A DNA stretch of 64,000 nucleotides from Nitrospirales bacterium (GTDB lineage Bacteria; Nitrospirota; Nitrospiria; Nitrospirales; UBA8639), in NCBI GenBank assembly GCA_965203295.1, contig CBDBCZ010000017.1:64001-128000 (forward strand), in the 5' to 3' direction. Below, in pieces: positions 42,801 to 56,698 of this stretch. The notes under the pieces are model-generated. The model was not told the DNA's origin. It saw only the letters and a program-made list of their open reading frames with translations, and ran no database searches. Position 1 is the first letter of the stretch, and each line of letters opens with the position of its first letter. The position numbers were made by a program, and so were the translations under genes.

Positions 42801-45800
42801 TCTGCACATGCTATTTAATTGGCCTTATACATGTAACATGCAAGATCAGGTTACAAAACTAAAGATCAGTACAAACCTCAGTAACAGCAGTTACTAGGTA
42901 GGTAACATACTGTTACTGAATGAATGACTAAGTACGGATGGTATGCACTGTGAATTGCAGTTCCCTTTGAGCAACAGCTGCAATGACATTTGATGAGGCC
43001 AGCGTGTAAGAGCCCCATATTAGCGACTTGGCTCTTCACTCGATTCTTTTTGTCTTGCTGGGTACATATGTCATACCAAAACAATACACGATATACTTGC
43101 AGCCTTGCATGCTATAAATTTCTTGAACCACGTGTGTGTAATACATGCATGCGAGGCTTCAGTGACAGCAGAACAACAGGATAATAAGGTTTGTTACAAG
43201 ACCAGCAAGACTCAGACCCATTTGATTAACGATTGTTTCAGCTAATAGCTAGACACACATATTATGTCATTTATTTCCTGGAGTTGTAAACGTCTTGTGA
43301 TAGATTGAAATTCAGCTTATGGACTTGCGTTATATTAGATTCATTATAAATTGTTGTTCGCATACACGTTCAGGATCATTCGGCTATTTTTGTGTGCATG
43401 TGTGTGTTCCCATTTACGCTACCTGATGTACTAAAGCCAGTTAATTGCACGTTCAAGAATGCGCATAAGACTTAATTAAATTAGTGAATGTGGAGTAGTA
43501 CTATTACTGTATGAGATCGCTATACGGCTATAGAGACGAATGGTGACCGCCCCAAGCTTGCGAACGCATCTTCTCCCAGCAGAAAAGGTTGCAGTATACT
43601 ACTCTGATCAACGGTCGGATGATCGTATCCCAACTTCTGAATGCCAAATAGCACTGCCGATTTCACCCCATCCACAGGAATCTCTCGCTATAGATGCTTC
43701 ACCAACGCTTTCGAAGCCATCCTTCCACCACATGCACAATGCGTGTCCTGGGCTGAAAATTTTGCATGCGTACTAATGCCATTCTGCAATCTGATTGGTC
43801 ACGAGTTAATTAATAAGTAGGCGTGGCCTACAGTCAAAGGCTGATATGTTAATTATGCCCAGATGCTGAAACGTCTAGCTAACGAACTAGTCCCGCGGGC
43901 GGGCCAGACGATAATTTCTGGCCCGCGAGACTACTAGCGAACGTGAACGTGAACGAAGAAGATCGCGAACGTACGAGAAGGTTCACCCGCCGCGGGCACA
44001 GTGGGCATGGGCGGGTACCGCCGCGGGGTGGGTACCTTTAGGGGCGCGCGCATACTGTACACAGCGAATACGCAAATGCAGGGTGTGTAGTTGTGTAGTA
44101 CATGGGGATTTCCCACCAGTTGCATGAGCTTCATGATCTGGATAAAGATTCGCCAAAGAGTGACGTGTACTCTTATGGAGTTGTAAGTTAGCTGTACATA
44201 GTAGGCTACAATTTACTGCATGTAACAATGTATTATTTCTTTGTAGGTAGTTCTGGAAACCTATATATACATGGTATATGAAGGCCTTCAGTGCTAAATG
44301 GGAGGGCCAGAAACTGATTAGCATTAGGAGAAATCTCTTTAATGCTGCCATATCTTATTCCCCCCTCTCCTCTCTCTCTTGTGTAGACTATAAGCATGTG
44401 ATGGATGATAAGTTGAAGGACATGAGTTACAGACGATTGCAGACTGCACTGCTGGGGAGCTTGCTCCATATCTACGAAACCTGTTAAGATTGTCACTGAA
44501 ACACTCAGAAAGCATATCAAAAGGCCTGCCACTGACCAAGTAAGATATTATATTTTAGAATTCAGCTAACTGTAGTCCTGCAATGCGATTGGTTAAGAGC
44601 GTGGGTCATAAATCACTTATTACCCACGCTACTGTGGATTATAAGTGCCTGTAGTAGGTGTTGTCATGAATATGCGTCTATGGTAACGTGCCTGAAGCTG
44701 TATTCTAAATAACTTAGACGGCGAGTGCGCGGGATCTATGGGATTTAGAAGCCCTCGGGGCCCTTAGTAGCGTCTTCGCTTCGCTCGGACGCTACAGCCT
44801 CGGGCCCCTCGTGGCTTTAAATCCCATAGATCCCTTGCACTCGCCGTCTAACTATTATATATTACTTCTATGATCACGCGATTTGCAATCACCATGCATT
44901 ATGTATCTCGAATTATATAGGTTATGTCCTACGAACTTTTGTTGACAAGGCATCCACGGATCAAGACTGTACTCTCTATAAAACAACAGTCTTATGCATA
45001 TATACTCCTTTAGCTTGCTATAATAATACATGTTCAGCCAAACAGAGGTTGTACATGTATGCTGCTTATCTCACCAGTTTTAAAAATACCACGTTAGCTT
45101 ACCATAATTATTATAGTATATTACCTGTATATCTATGTATATAGATGCTGACATATATGTCTGCATGCACGGTTAGCCCTTGAATGCAGGACTTATTCTT
45201 GGCTTGCTGACTTATAATTATATCAGCTATACATTAAGGTTTAGCTGGGCCTTCAGAATAGATCAATCCCAGGTAATTAAATGAGCCCAACCCTTTCCCA
45301 GAGAATAAAGCGCCTTCCGTACGTAGCTGCCGCAGCGGTACCTGCTCATACCCGCTGTGCCCGCGGTGGGTGAACCTTCTCGGCCACCGTACGAACGCGA
45401 ACATGTATACGTACGCGAACATGAACATAAACATAAACATGACAACAGGGCTGTAGCCACTGGTCCGGTTGGTCCGGTTTTCACCGGACCACTTTCCGGA
45501 GCACCAATGTTGTCGCGTGACGCGCCAGGTGTTCAATTATCAGTAGTCTATCAAGCGCTAGCAGTAGTATTCACAGTTCAACAGATATTAGCTGATATTG
45601 TAGCAAACAGCTATTGCAGCAACTTAGCACGTACTTAGCTTTTCATAGTTTTTCCACAGAGCCATTTCCGGGAGGGAGGGTCTCGCTCGATAGATTAAAA
45701 TTGCGCATGCGACCGACGATGTCGTGGAGAAGTCCCTTTTACTTTCCGCGCATCATTTTCGGCCCCTCTCAAGCGCTGTGAGATAACTAGCGAGCACTAA

Positions 45801-46165
45801 TGGGTAAGCATTGCAGCATGTCATCCAGCTACTTTACTCAAATATTGCATCAGAAACGATCTTAGAAGGCCTAAAATTTTCTGGGGGAGTATGCCCCCAG
45901 ACCCCCCTCGCTAGCGCGCTTCGCGCGTTTTCACACGCTGCGCTTGCTCCTGAGAATGGCCAACCGGACCACTTCAAATCTCGTGGCTATGGCCCTGGAC
46001 AATGAACATGAAAAGGAACGGCCACTGTACTACACACATCTACGTACGCTGAACTACTAATAATAGTTTCAGCGTATTTAATATATGTACCTGAAAGACG
46101 GCGAGAACTTTGATGAGGTCTCTTACATCTTGCGAGAGCGTGAGAATCAGCGACGGCGAGGCCAT
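33803..46165 (-). CDS. Divergent biopterin-dependent aromatic amino acid hydroxylase, copy A (tyrosine-hydroxylase-like), 11 exons, 442 aa: 46091-46165, 41870-42196, 38003-38070, 37589-37639, 37190-37288, 36782-36964, 35848-35917, 35116-35172, 34890-34985, 34425-34558, 33803-33971
   Basis: Hand-spliced open frame of 1329 nt: [25 protein letters not shown] / [14 protein letters not shown]...[30 protein letters not shown] / [18 protein letters not shown]...[22 protein letters not shown]...LYWFTVEFG...[10 protein letters not shown]...[14 protein letters not shown]. All introns are GT-AG and the iron ligands are intact. Exons 1-2 are absent from the supplied ORF track. Confidence 0.88.
38641..40122. 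mobile_element. ~1.5-kb composite insertion (Helitron/Helentron-like) interrupting a ~120-bp tandem repeat
   Basis: The repeat unit cattatttat|accatctgagg is split. The insertion has a GC hairpin at its left end, (GTAAT)n, a tRNA-like B box (GGTTCGAATC, ~38847), and a 205-bp palindrome at its right end. Confidence 0.55.
40451..40982. mobile_element. Helentron/DINE-like non-autonomous element, family copy 2
   Basis: Same termini as 22524-23058 and a (GACG/GACA)n tract. It splits a minisatellite unit at ggccaa|ttagg with no clear TSD. Confidence 0.65.
45446..45997. mobile_element. hAT-like MITE
   Basis: TIR CAGGGCTGTAGCCAC...GTGGCTATGGCCCTG with 5-bp flanking duplication GACAA. Confidence 0.75.
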
Positions 46166-46278
46166 ATTGGCGTCCTACGAATCTCAGCGATACAGTATAG
46201 CGGAGCTAATTGCCTATCTATGCACCTACGCAATCGGAAATAATTAGGCGATAATTGGCGCCATCTCCGCAGTATACA

Positions 46279-46290
46279 GTCTCGCGAGAC
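46279..46290. promoter_or_regulatory. TCTCGCGAGA palindrome ~115 bp upstream of the copy A start codon
   Basis: Perfect palindrome GTCTCGCGAGAC in a CpG-rich stretch. It is a known promoter-enriched motif in vertebrates; function here is inferred. Confidence 0.4.
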
Positions 46291-46578
46291 CACATTCGTT
46301 AATGACTACGCTAGCCTCGACCCCAGCGCTTGCAGGAAGATAAAATGCTTTTTCTTCCTGCAAGCGAAAATAAAAAGCCGGGACGGCTGGGTTTGAGGCT
46401 AAAAACTACAGACAGCAGATCTTAAATATCACACAATTAATACACTATTACAATCTGAGCCATAGAGAGCCACATGTCATGTATATATATACAATAGCTA
46501 TACCTATTTTACATCACAACCAAAAAGAGAATCAGCTATCAAACCTAAGCTACGAGTGGCTCTCAATTGTAGTCTACT

Positions 46579-47451
46579 CTACTCAACGGCAGCGTGTACC
46601 ACATCTAGCGTATAACTATCCCAAGGAGCCACCTTCTTCTTCATCCAAAATTTCCCACTTGGGCTTCCCGACGGAAGAAAAGCGAGGTGGGTTACAATTT
46701 CAGCCCCGTCATCTGGAGTCCCTGGGGCATTGGCAACTGTCATCTCAGTTTTGCACCAGCCGGGACAACAGGCGTTTACGAGGACATCCGTTTTGCCAAG
46801 ACGATCAACTACCTTTTCTAGTACTCTAGTTAAGGTTGTAACGGCAACCTTGGATAAGGCATACGGTGTGTCAAAGCCAGGAATTTTATCCGGCCAACCC
46901 TTTTCGCGATGGCTTCCATCCGCTACATTTTTTACAAACTGGTCCATGAGGTCAACCAGTTGTGCTTCGGTTAGATCGGGGTCTTGGAATTTCTCCTGCA
47001 AGTTTTTTTGCAGAATAGATATGTGGCCAGATGAACCGGAAACGTTGACGATCCTCCCATGGGGACGAACTAACGGTAGGAAAGCACGGCACATATTCAC
47101 CACGCCAGTGAAGTTGGTGCCTATAGTGGCAGTAACTTGCTCTATGTTTGGAGAGGTTTCTCTCAGTTGATAGTCGATTGCAGCGTTGTTAATTAGTATG
47201 TCCACGCCACCGTACTTATCACCGATATACCGCTTCAGCGCTTCAACAGACTCGATGGAAGTTACGTCCAGCTGGTGGAATTTCGGTTTCAGGCCATCAG
47301 CTTCAAGTTTCGCAACCGCTGCAAGACCCTTACTTACGTCCCTCGCTGTCAAATAGACTTCACCCGAGAATTCCTCGCACAATTTTTTCACTGTGGCAAA
47401 TCCAATGCCTTTGTTCGATCCAGTAACGATTGCAACCTTTGCTGATGCCAT
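46579..47451 (-). CDS. Carbonyl reductase [NADPH], CBR1/CBR3-like short-chain dehydrogenase/reductase, 290 aa, intronless
   Basis: VTGSNKGIG Rossmann motif, LTARD, FHQLDV, INNAAI, catalytic YALSK (YxxxK), and the NACCPGW motif typical of the CBR1 family. Confidence 0.92.
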   Translation of the reverse strand: MASAKVAIVTGSNKGIGFATVKKLCEEFSGEVYLTARDVSKGLAAVAKLEADGLKPKFHQLDVTSIESVEALKRYIGDKYGGVDILINNAAIDYQLRETSPNIEQVTATIGTNFTGVVNMCRAFLPLVRPHGRIVNVSGSSGHISILQKNLQEKFQDPDLTEAQLVDLMDQFVKNVADGSHREKGWPDKIPGFDTPYALSKVAVTTLTRVLEKVVDRLGKTDVLVNACCPGWCKTEMTVANAPGTPDDGAEIVTHLAFLPSGSPSGKFWMKKKVAPWDSYTLDVVHAAVE

Positions 47452-48664
47452 GATCGTGAACTAGGCCGAACTCATCCACTAGCGACTCCGGGAGGTCAAC
47501 TAACTTTTGACCTTTCACGCGCTCGATCGCTCGATCACGCAAAGCGCAACCATGATAGATAGATAGATAGATAATGTACCGCGGGAGCGTGGTTTGCACC
47601 CACCTAACTATATTAACGTTCATGTAAGGATGCACTTCGACAAAAACAAAGGAAGCAAGCTACAACTCACACCGCAATGCGTTCACAGACTACCTACATG
47701 TACGCATAACAGCCCAATGCATTTCGGGGTAGCTAGCTACATATCACAGTGCAGTGTTTATGGAGAACATCCTGGGTAAGGAGATGTAGGAAGGACGGTC
47801 TCCGTAAACGCACTGCAGTGTGATTTGTAGTTACCCTGTAATGCATTGGGCTGTGATGTATATTGGGAGGTGTGCATATCAGTGATATACCACCTGCTAT
47901 AATTATATGGAAGAGGTTTTTGGGCCTGATGGGTATACATAAACCTCCCAATACAAACAAGTGGTATAGCAATGATATTCCCCCATAAACCTCCCAATAC
48001 AAGCAAGTGGTATAGCAATGATATTCACAGATTGGGTACATTTCATATGTTATAAATTTGATGAGGTGTAGATGTACATCTGCCTGCCGTTTCCATAGCA
48101 GCACGACCACGTGGCACATTCCATGCCCCTAGCGGCCTGGATGTGGGTTGCTTGGCAACTTTGGCTTCTTAATTCAGTTGTGTGAGAAGGATGGTCACAG
48201 TTGCCAAGCAACCTCTAGGCCTGGCACACCTGGGATATGTAAATTCACAGCAGCCATACATATCACTAGGAATCTAAAACCCACCCATGTATTCTTCATG
48301 AATATTCAGATACAAGGCGCTTGATCAATTAGTGATCAAAAGTAATTGCTAGTGTGAAAAGCAGTAAATTGTGCAGGGGTTGCAAAATGTCAATTTCCTA
48401 TTAATTCACAAAGCACACTAGTGCATTATGCGAAAGATGTCAGATGAAGAATGATTTAGCTACCAAGCAAAGGCTCTAAGGAATCCTACAGGGAGGTTGC
48501 TGAAATGGTGAGTGAATGTGGACCCGCAGAACGCTTTGTTTGATGAGACAGGGGATGTATCAGTGCGAAAGTCTCCAGAAAATGTAGGCTATACCCCAAA
48601 ATGCCTGAAGTGATTTGTGAAGAGCATTCCACACAAGCCATGGCAACAGCCATAGCTACATGTA

Positions 48665-49044
48665 CCGTATTGTCCCGAGCAAGCGCCCACCCCTGTGTAA
48701 GCGCCCACCCCCCAGTTTTGATAAGCCTATTGTCTGGGAGTCTCCTCCGTGTAAGCGCCCACCTTGTATTCATACCAGTATTACGCAATGCCATGCAATA
48801 TGTTAACTGGTCATGCAGAGGCTAGGCTTCCTGTGGAGTACTACTGAAGCTTTACAAGGGATAAGTGCATGCATTCTTTCCAATGGCTTCATGGTAGTAG
48901 CTGAAGCAGTACAAGTAAGTGGAGGGTGGGCCCTTACACAGTGGTAACTGAGTAGTTCAAAGGGCTCCTCTGTGTAAGCGCCCACCCATAATTTTTCTAG
49001 CGTGAGCTGCAAGCGCCCATGGGCGCTTGCTCGGGACAATACGG
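48665..49044. mobile_element. Tc1/mariner-pogo-type MITE
   Basis: Perfect TIR CCGTATTGTCCCGAGCAAGCGCCCA, TA on both sides, and internal GTAAGCGCCCACC repeats. Confidence 0.8.
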
Positions 49045-49697
49045 TATATACCAGATTACGTTTGTATGAGACCAATAAATTAGTGGTCAAAATTTGTTAG
49101 TGTGGAATTCTAGAAATTCTACAAATTTCCGTTCTCTCATGCATGCAGACTCTAGCTTTCCTGTTGAGAGTCTGGTCACGCAAGACTGGTCCTGTATCAC
49201 TTCTTTCCTTTGTCTGACTCGTGCAAAAACCCGCCTGTGATCATTTTTGAAATAAAGTGTAAGATGAGATCTCGGCTACATGTAGCTGCCAGGTTATATA
49301 CATGTATCTCTAGCCACCTGCGGACTTCATCAGAAATTGTGTATGCGTACTAGCTATAGTTCAGTATGCTACTTCCCCCAGCTTTGATGTCCGTGTACAT
49401 GTGACCAGCGTACCTGCCATCCCTCTGCTGTAACACTATTCATCAACCTCATGCACACACCAGTTTTATTCATCACCCCTTTGTGCATGTACCTTACGAT
49501 ACTGCCTTTGAAGAACTTCTTGGCCCCTTCCACTGTGTTGGCTCCAACTTGGCCTATTTTTAATCACTGTAAATTATTTTTGGCACACTTCATGATATAC
49601 TTTCCACTGCATAAACTTTCACAGAATAAAAACTCTAGCTAGCTAGCTAATATATACTCATTTGTCATAACACAGATATTAACATGAAGCCATGCAG

Positions 49698-50528
49698 CTA
49701 CTCTTTTTCTGCTACAACAAACATTAGTCCAGTTTCTGTTTGGCCCGACATAAGATTCGCAGAATTCAGTGAAAACTTTTCAAAGGAAATACTTTTAAAC
49801 CCTGCTTCAGTGAGGGAGGTTGTAATCAGCTCCTCTGACTCTTCCAAGACTCGGAACTTTTCTGAACGATTCGAATCGAGGTGTAGATCGTAGAATTTCT
49901 CTCCTTCAGTGCAATAGATTACTATTCGTCCCCCTGAATTGAGGAGCGCTGACAGCCTAGCCACGGCTGATTTGTATTCCTCTGCAGTTGCACACGCTGG
50001 TCCCAAGCATAGGCATGTGATGATTACATCATACGGACCCTCGTATCCGAGTTGAATCGGCGGCTCCTGCGAAGCATCACAGGCAACAATAGCTTTGATG
50101 ACGCTACGTAGCTTTTCCTCGCGAGTTTTCGCTTCTCGCTCGCTTTTCCCTTCCAAGTTCTGGACAACGTACCGGAAGTACGGAGACCAATCGTGCGCAT
50201 CCCGATCGCCGTCTTTCCACTTCTGCAGCGTTTCTCGATTTGCTGCGGTATATTCCGACAGCACTATCTCCGAAGCGTGCAGGGCAGAGCTGATCTGCCA
50301 CAGAATACAGGGACCGGCTCCAAATTCCAGAATCTTCAGGTCCCGCCGTCGCGGTGAAAAGGAAGCCCAAAATTTGTGCAACTGCTGCAGTGGGAACACG
50401 CAGTGGACCACGTTAGTGACGTCTCCGGAGTACCTCGGCTTCAAGTACGCCTCTGGATCGAAAGTATTGTGGTAACTGCTTCCGAAGCCCAACTCTGTAT
50501 CACAGTCCGCTCCGCTCGTCATATTCAT
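49698..50528 (-). CDS. SAM-dependent small-molecule N-methyltransferase, NNMT/PNMT/INMT (TEMT) family, 276 aa, intronless
   Basis: Motifs YHNTFDPEAYL..RY, LEFGAGP (SAM motif I), SEYTAANRETLQKW, HDWSPY, IVACD and YDVIITCLCL match the family. The substrate cannot be assigned from sequence. Confidence 0.9.
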   Translation of the reverse strand: MNMTSGADCDTELGFGSSYHNTFDPEAYLKPRYSGDVTNVVHCVFPLQQLHKFWASFSPRRRDLKILEFGAGPCILWQISSALHASEIVLSEYTAANRETLQKWKDGDRDAHDWSPYFRYVVQNLEGKSEREAKTREEKLRSVIKAIVACDASQEPPIQLGYEGPYDVIITCLCLGPACATAEEYKSAVARLSALLNSGGRIVIYCTEGEKFYDLHLDSNRSEKFRVLEESEELITTSLTEAGFKSISFEKFSLNSANLMSGQTETGLMFVVAEKE

Positions 50529-50741
50529 AAGCTTTGTTGATTTTGCTCATGAAAAGTATTACGCTATGCTATAGGATGTAGTTTGTGCAAAGCTACACTA
50601 TTATATACATCACCTGTAGCTAATTGTTACGTCGCATCCTCTGTTAAATCGATGGCCTGATCGAGGCGCTCGCGCATGCCCGACTGCAGTCTCGTGACCA
50701 AGTGTCTAGTCTCGTGATCATGAGGTACGCCCACGTCATTA
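50529..50741. promoter_or_regulatory. Compact bidirectional promoter between the methyltransferase (-) and HINT (+)
   Basis: 213-bp CpG-rich interval between divergent ATGs, with two GTCTCGTGA motifs, GCGCATGC, ACGTCA and a TATA-like stretch at ~50601. Confidence 0.45.
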
Positions 50742-54591
<3,850 letters not shown>

Positions 54592-56698
54592 ATCAACTCT
54601 TGACTACCGTTCCTTTACAACCATACTGAGTGCTATAGTATGCATACGTGACATGTCTTATGTACGTATATAAAAATTTCCTGAAATGCGTTACAAGGGA
54701 ATTTGACAGGAAATATGGCATTCCAGGTACAGGGTAGTATAGGATAGGAAAGGAAATTCTGCCCTATCCTATACTACCCTGTACCTGAAATACCAAATTT
54801 CCTATCACATTTCTTGCAATGCATTTCAGGAAATTCCACTTTTTTTTGCTGTGCATGACTACGTACAGTTCCTTTGCAACTAGTGCTATAGTATGCATAC
54901 GTGTATTATGTACACAGGTTAAATTTCCTAAAATGCGTTAGCTACAATATATAGAGGAAATTCGACAGGAAATATGGTGTTTTAAATACAGGGTATAGGG
55001 CAGAAAATCATGAAATTCTGCCCTATCCTATATACTACCTTCTACCTGAAATACCGGATTTCCTGTCAAATTTCTTTGTAACGCATTTCCACTTTTTTTT
55101 GCTGTGGTATATATACATAGGTACTGCATGTATATGTATATCATAGTGTGTGACCACATAATATTTTTTGATGACACTGTGCATGCTATAATTATACTTA
55201 CAGCAAGAAAAAGGTGTATGCAGAGTCAATAATACGTACATAGACATACGAGAAGAAAAGGCTCGAATTATTATAGCACTTCCATCGTCAACAGTAGCAC
55301 AATGTACAATAAGGTCGTTCTTTACATTATAGTAATTAAGCTAGTGCTCTCATGAGGCATAGCTGCATGCCTGAGAGCTGACGTCACTTGAGAACCATGA
55401 TCTGTTCAAGAGGCTTCCTCTTCACGTCTGGAACAGTAGCGTCCTCAGCGGGATAGCCCACCGGTAGCAGGACCATCACCTGGATGATGGAGAACAGGTG
55501 ATGATAGCATGCCCATACCAATCTGATTTACTTGGGGGGGGGGGGGGTAGTCTCGTGCCCAGACCATACCCTTCCTTGTGGGGAAAGTGGTCTGGCTACG
55601 CAAGGTCCAATTCAATCCTGGGGCTACCGGATGCACTAAAGCCAGTTAATTGCACGTGCGAGAATGCACATAATTGAATTAGTGAATGCGGAGTAGTACT
55701 ATAGTATTGCTATTACTGTATGAGATCGCTATACGGCTATAGAGACGAATGGCGGCCGCCCCAAGCTCGCGAACACATCTCCCAGCAGAAAAGGTTGCAG
55801 TATACTACTCTAATCTTTGATTGTATCCCAATTTCTGGATGCCAAATAACACTGCCGATTTCACCCCATCCACAGGAATCTCTCGCTATAGATGCTTCAC
55901 CAACGCTTTCGAAGCCATCCTTCCACCACAATGCGTGTCCCGGACCCCAATTAACGCCATTCTGCAATCTGATTGGTCGCATTGAGATTTTGAGACTAGC
56001 CCCCGGATTTAAACTTACGTAGCCAGACCACTTTCCCAAAATGTACACGTCGGGGTTCTGCCCCAAATGAATACCTTAGATAAAAGCTACATGTAGTATA
56101 ATATTTATTGAAAGTCTAATTCCCTTCTGCTTTTCAGAAGTGCAGGAAATTGCTACATCACTGTAAGCTTGTACTGTTCGCAGCCTAAGTGCAGTGTACT
56201 GACAGTCTGCTCTACCTTCTCATTGTCAGGCCTCCCCAGTAGCTCTCTAAGGGCCACTCCAGCATTGAGAGGCGTGGTGGTAACTGTACTGTCTGCTCTA
56301 CCTTCTCATTGTCAGGCCTCCCCAGTAGCTGTAATTTTGTTCATCAGTTAAACACTTTCATTCTGTTCGGTTCTAGAGCCTGTGTAAGATCTGGGATTAA
56401 AACAAACGTAAATACCATTGCAAATTCACAACCCCAAACCAACTCTCCAATGCATACAATTCTTTATACTTATCCTCAAAATTACATACAACTACAGAAA
56501 CAAAAAAATACCTATTAGCAGTAACTAACTAAGAGACTAGGCGCACTCAAACTAAAACAAACACTATCTAGCTACATGTAACACACAGCCAGGCTACGTA
56601 CACAGTAATGAACTACATGTACAGCTGCATACTCTAGGTATAATTATATAGATAGACATGTAAACTCATGTCTCTAATGGCAGGCCATAGTTGCATAA

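Noticed and set aside
33803..46165. Calling copy A a pseudogene or a tryptophan hydroxylase
   Set aside because: All 11 exons splice in frame with canonical sites. LYWF has Trp rather than the TPH Phe. The symbol TH is withheld pending phylogeny.
46730..47170. Antisense ORFs over the reductase, methyltransferase (50095-50475) and GPCR (3036-3392)
   Set aside because: Shadow frames of real coding sequence with no independent motifs.
46579..50528. Bacterial operon or symbiont contamination
   Set aside because: The protein families are animal-type, the genes are 2.2 kb apart with a host-type MITE between them, and they are contiguous with spliced genes.
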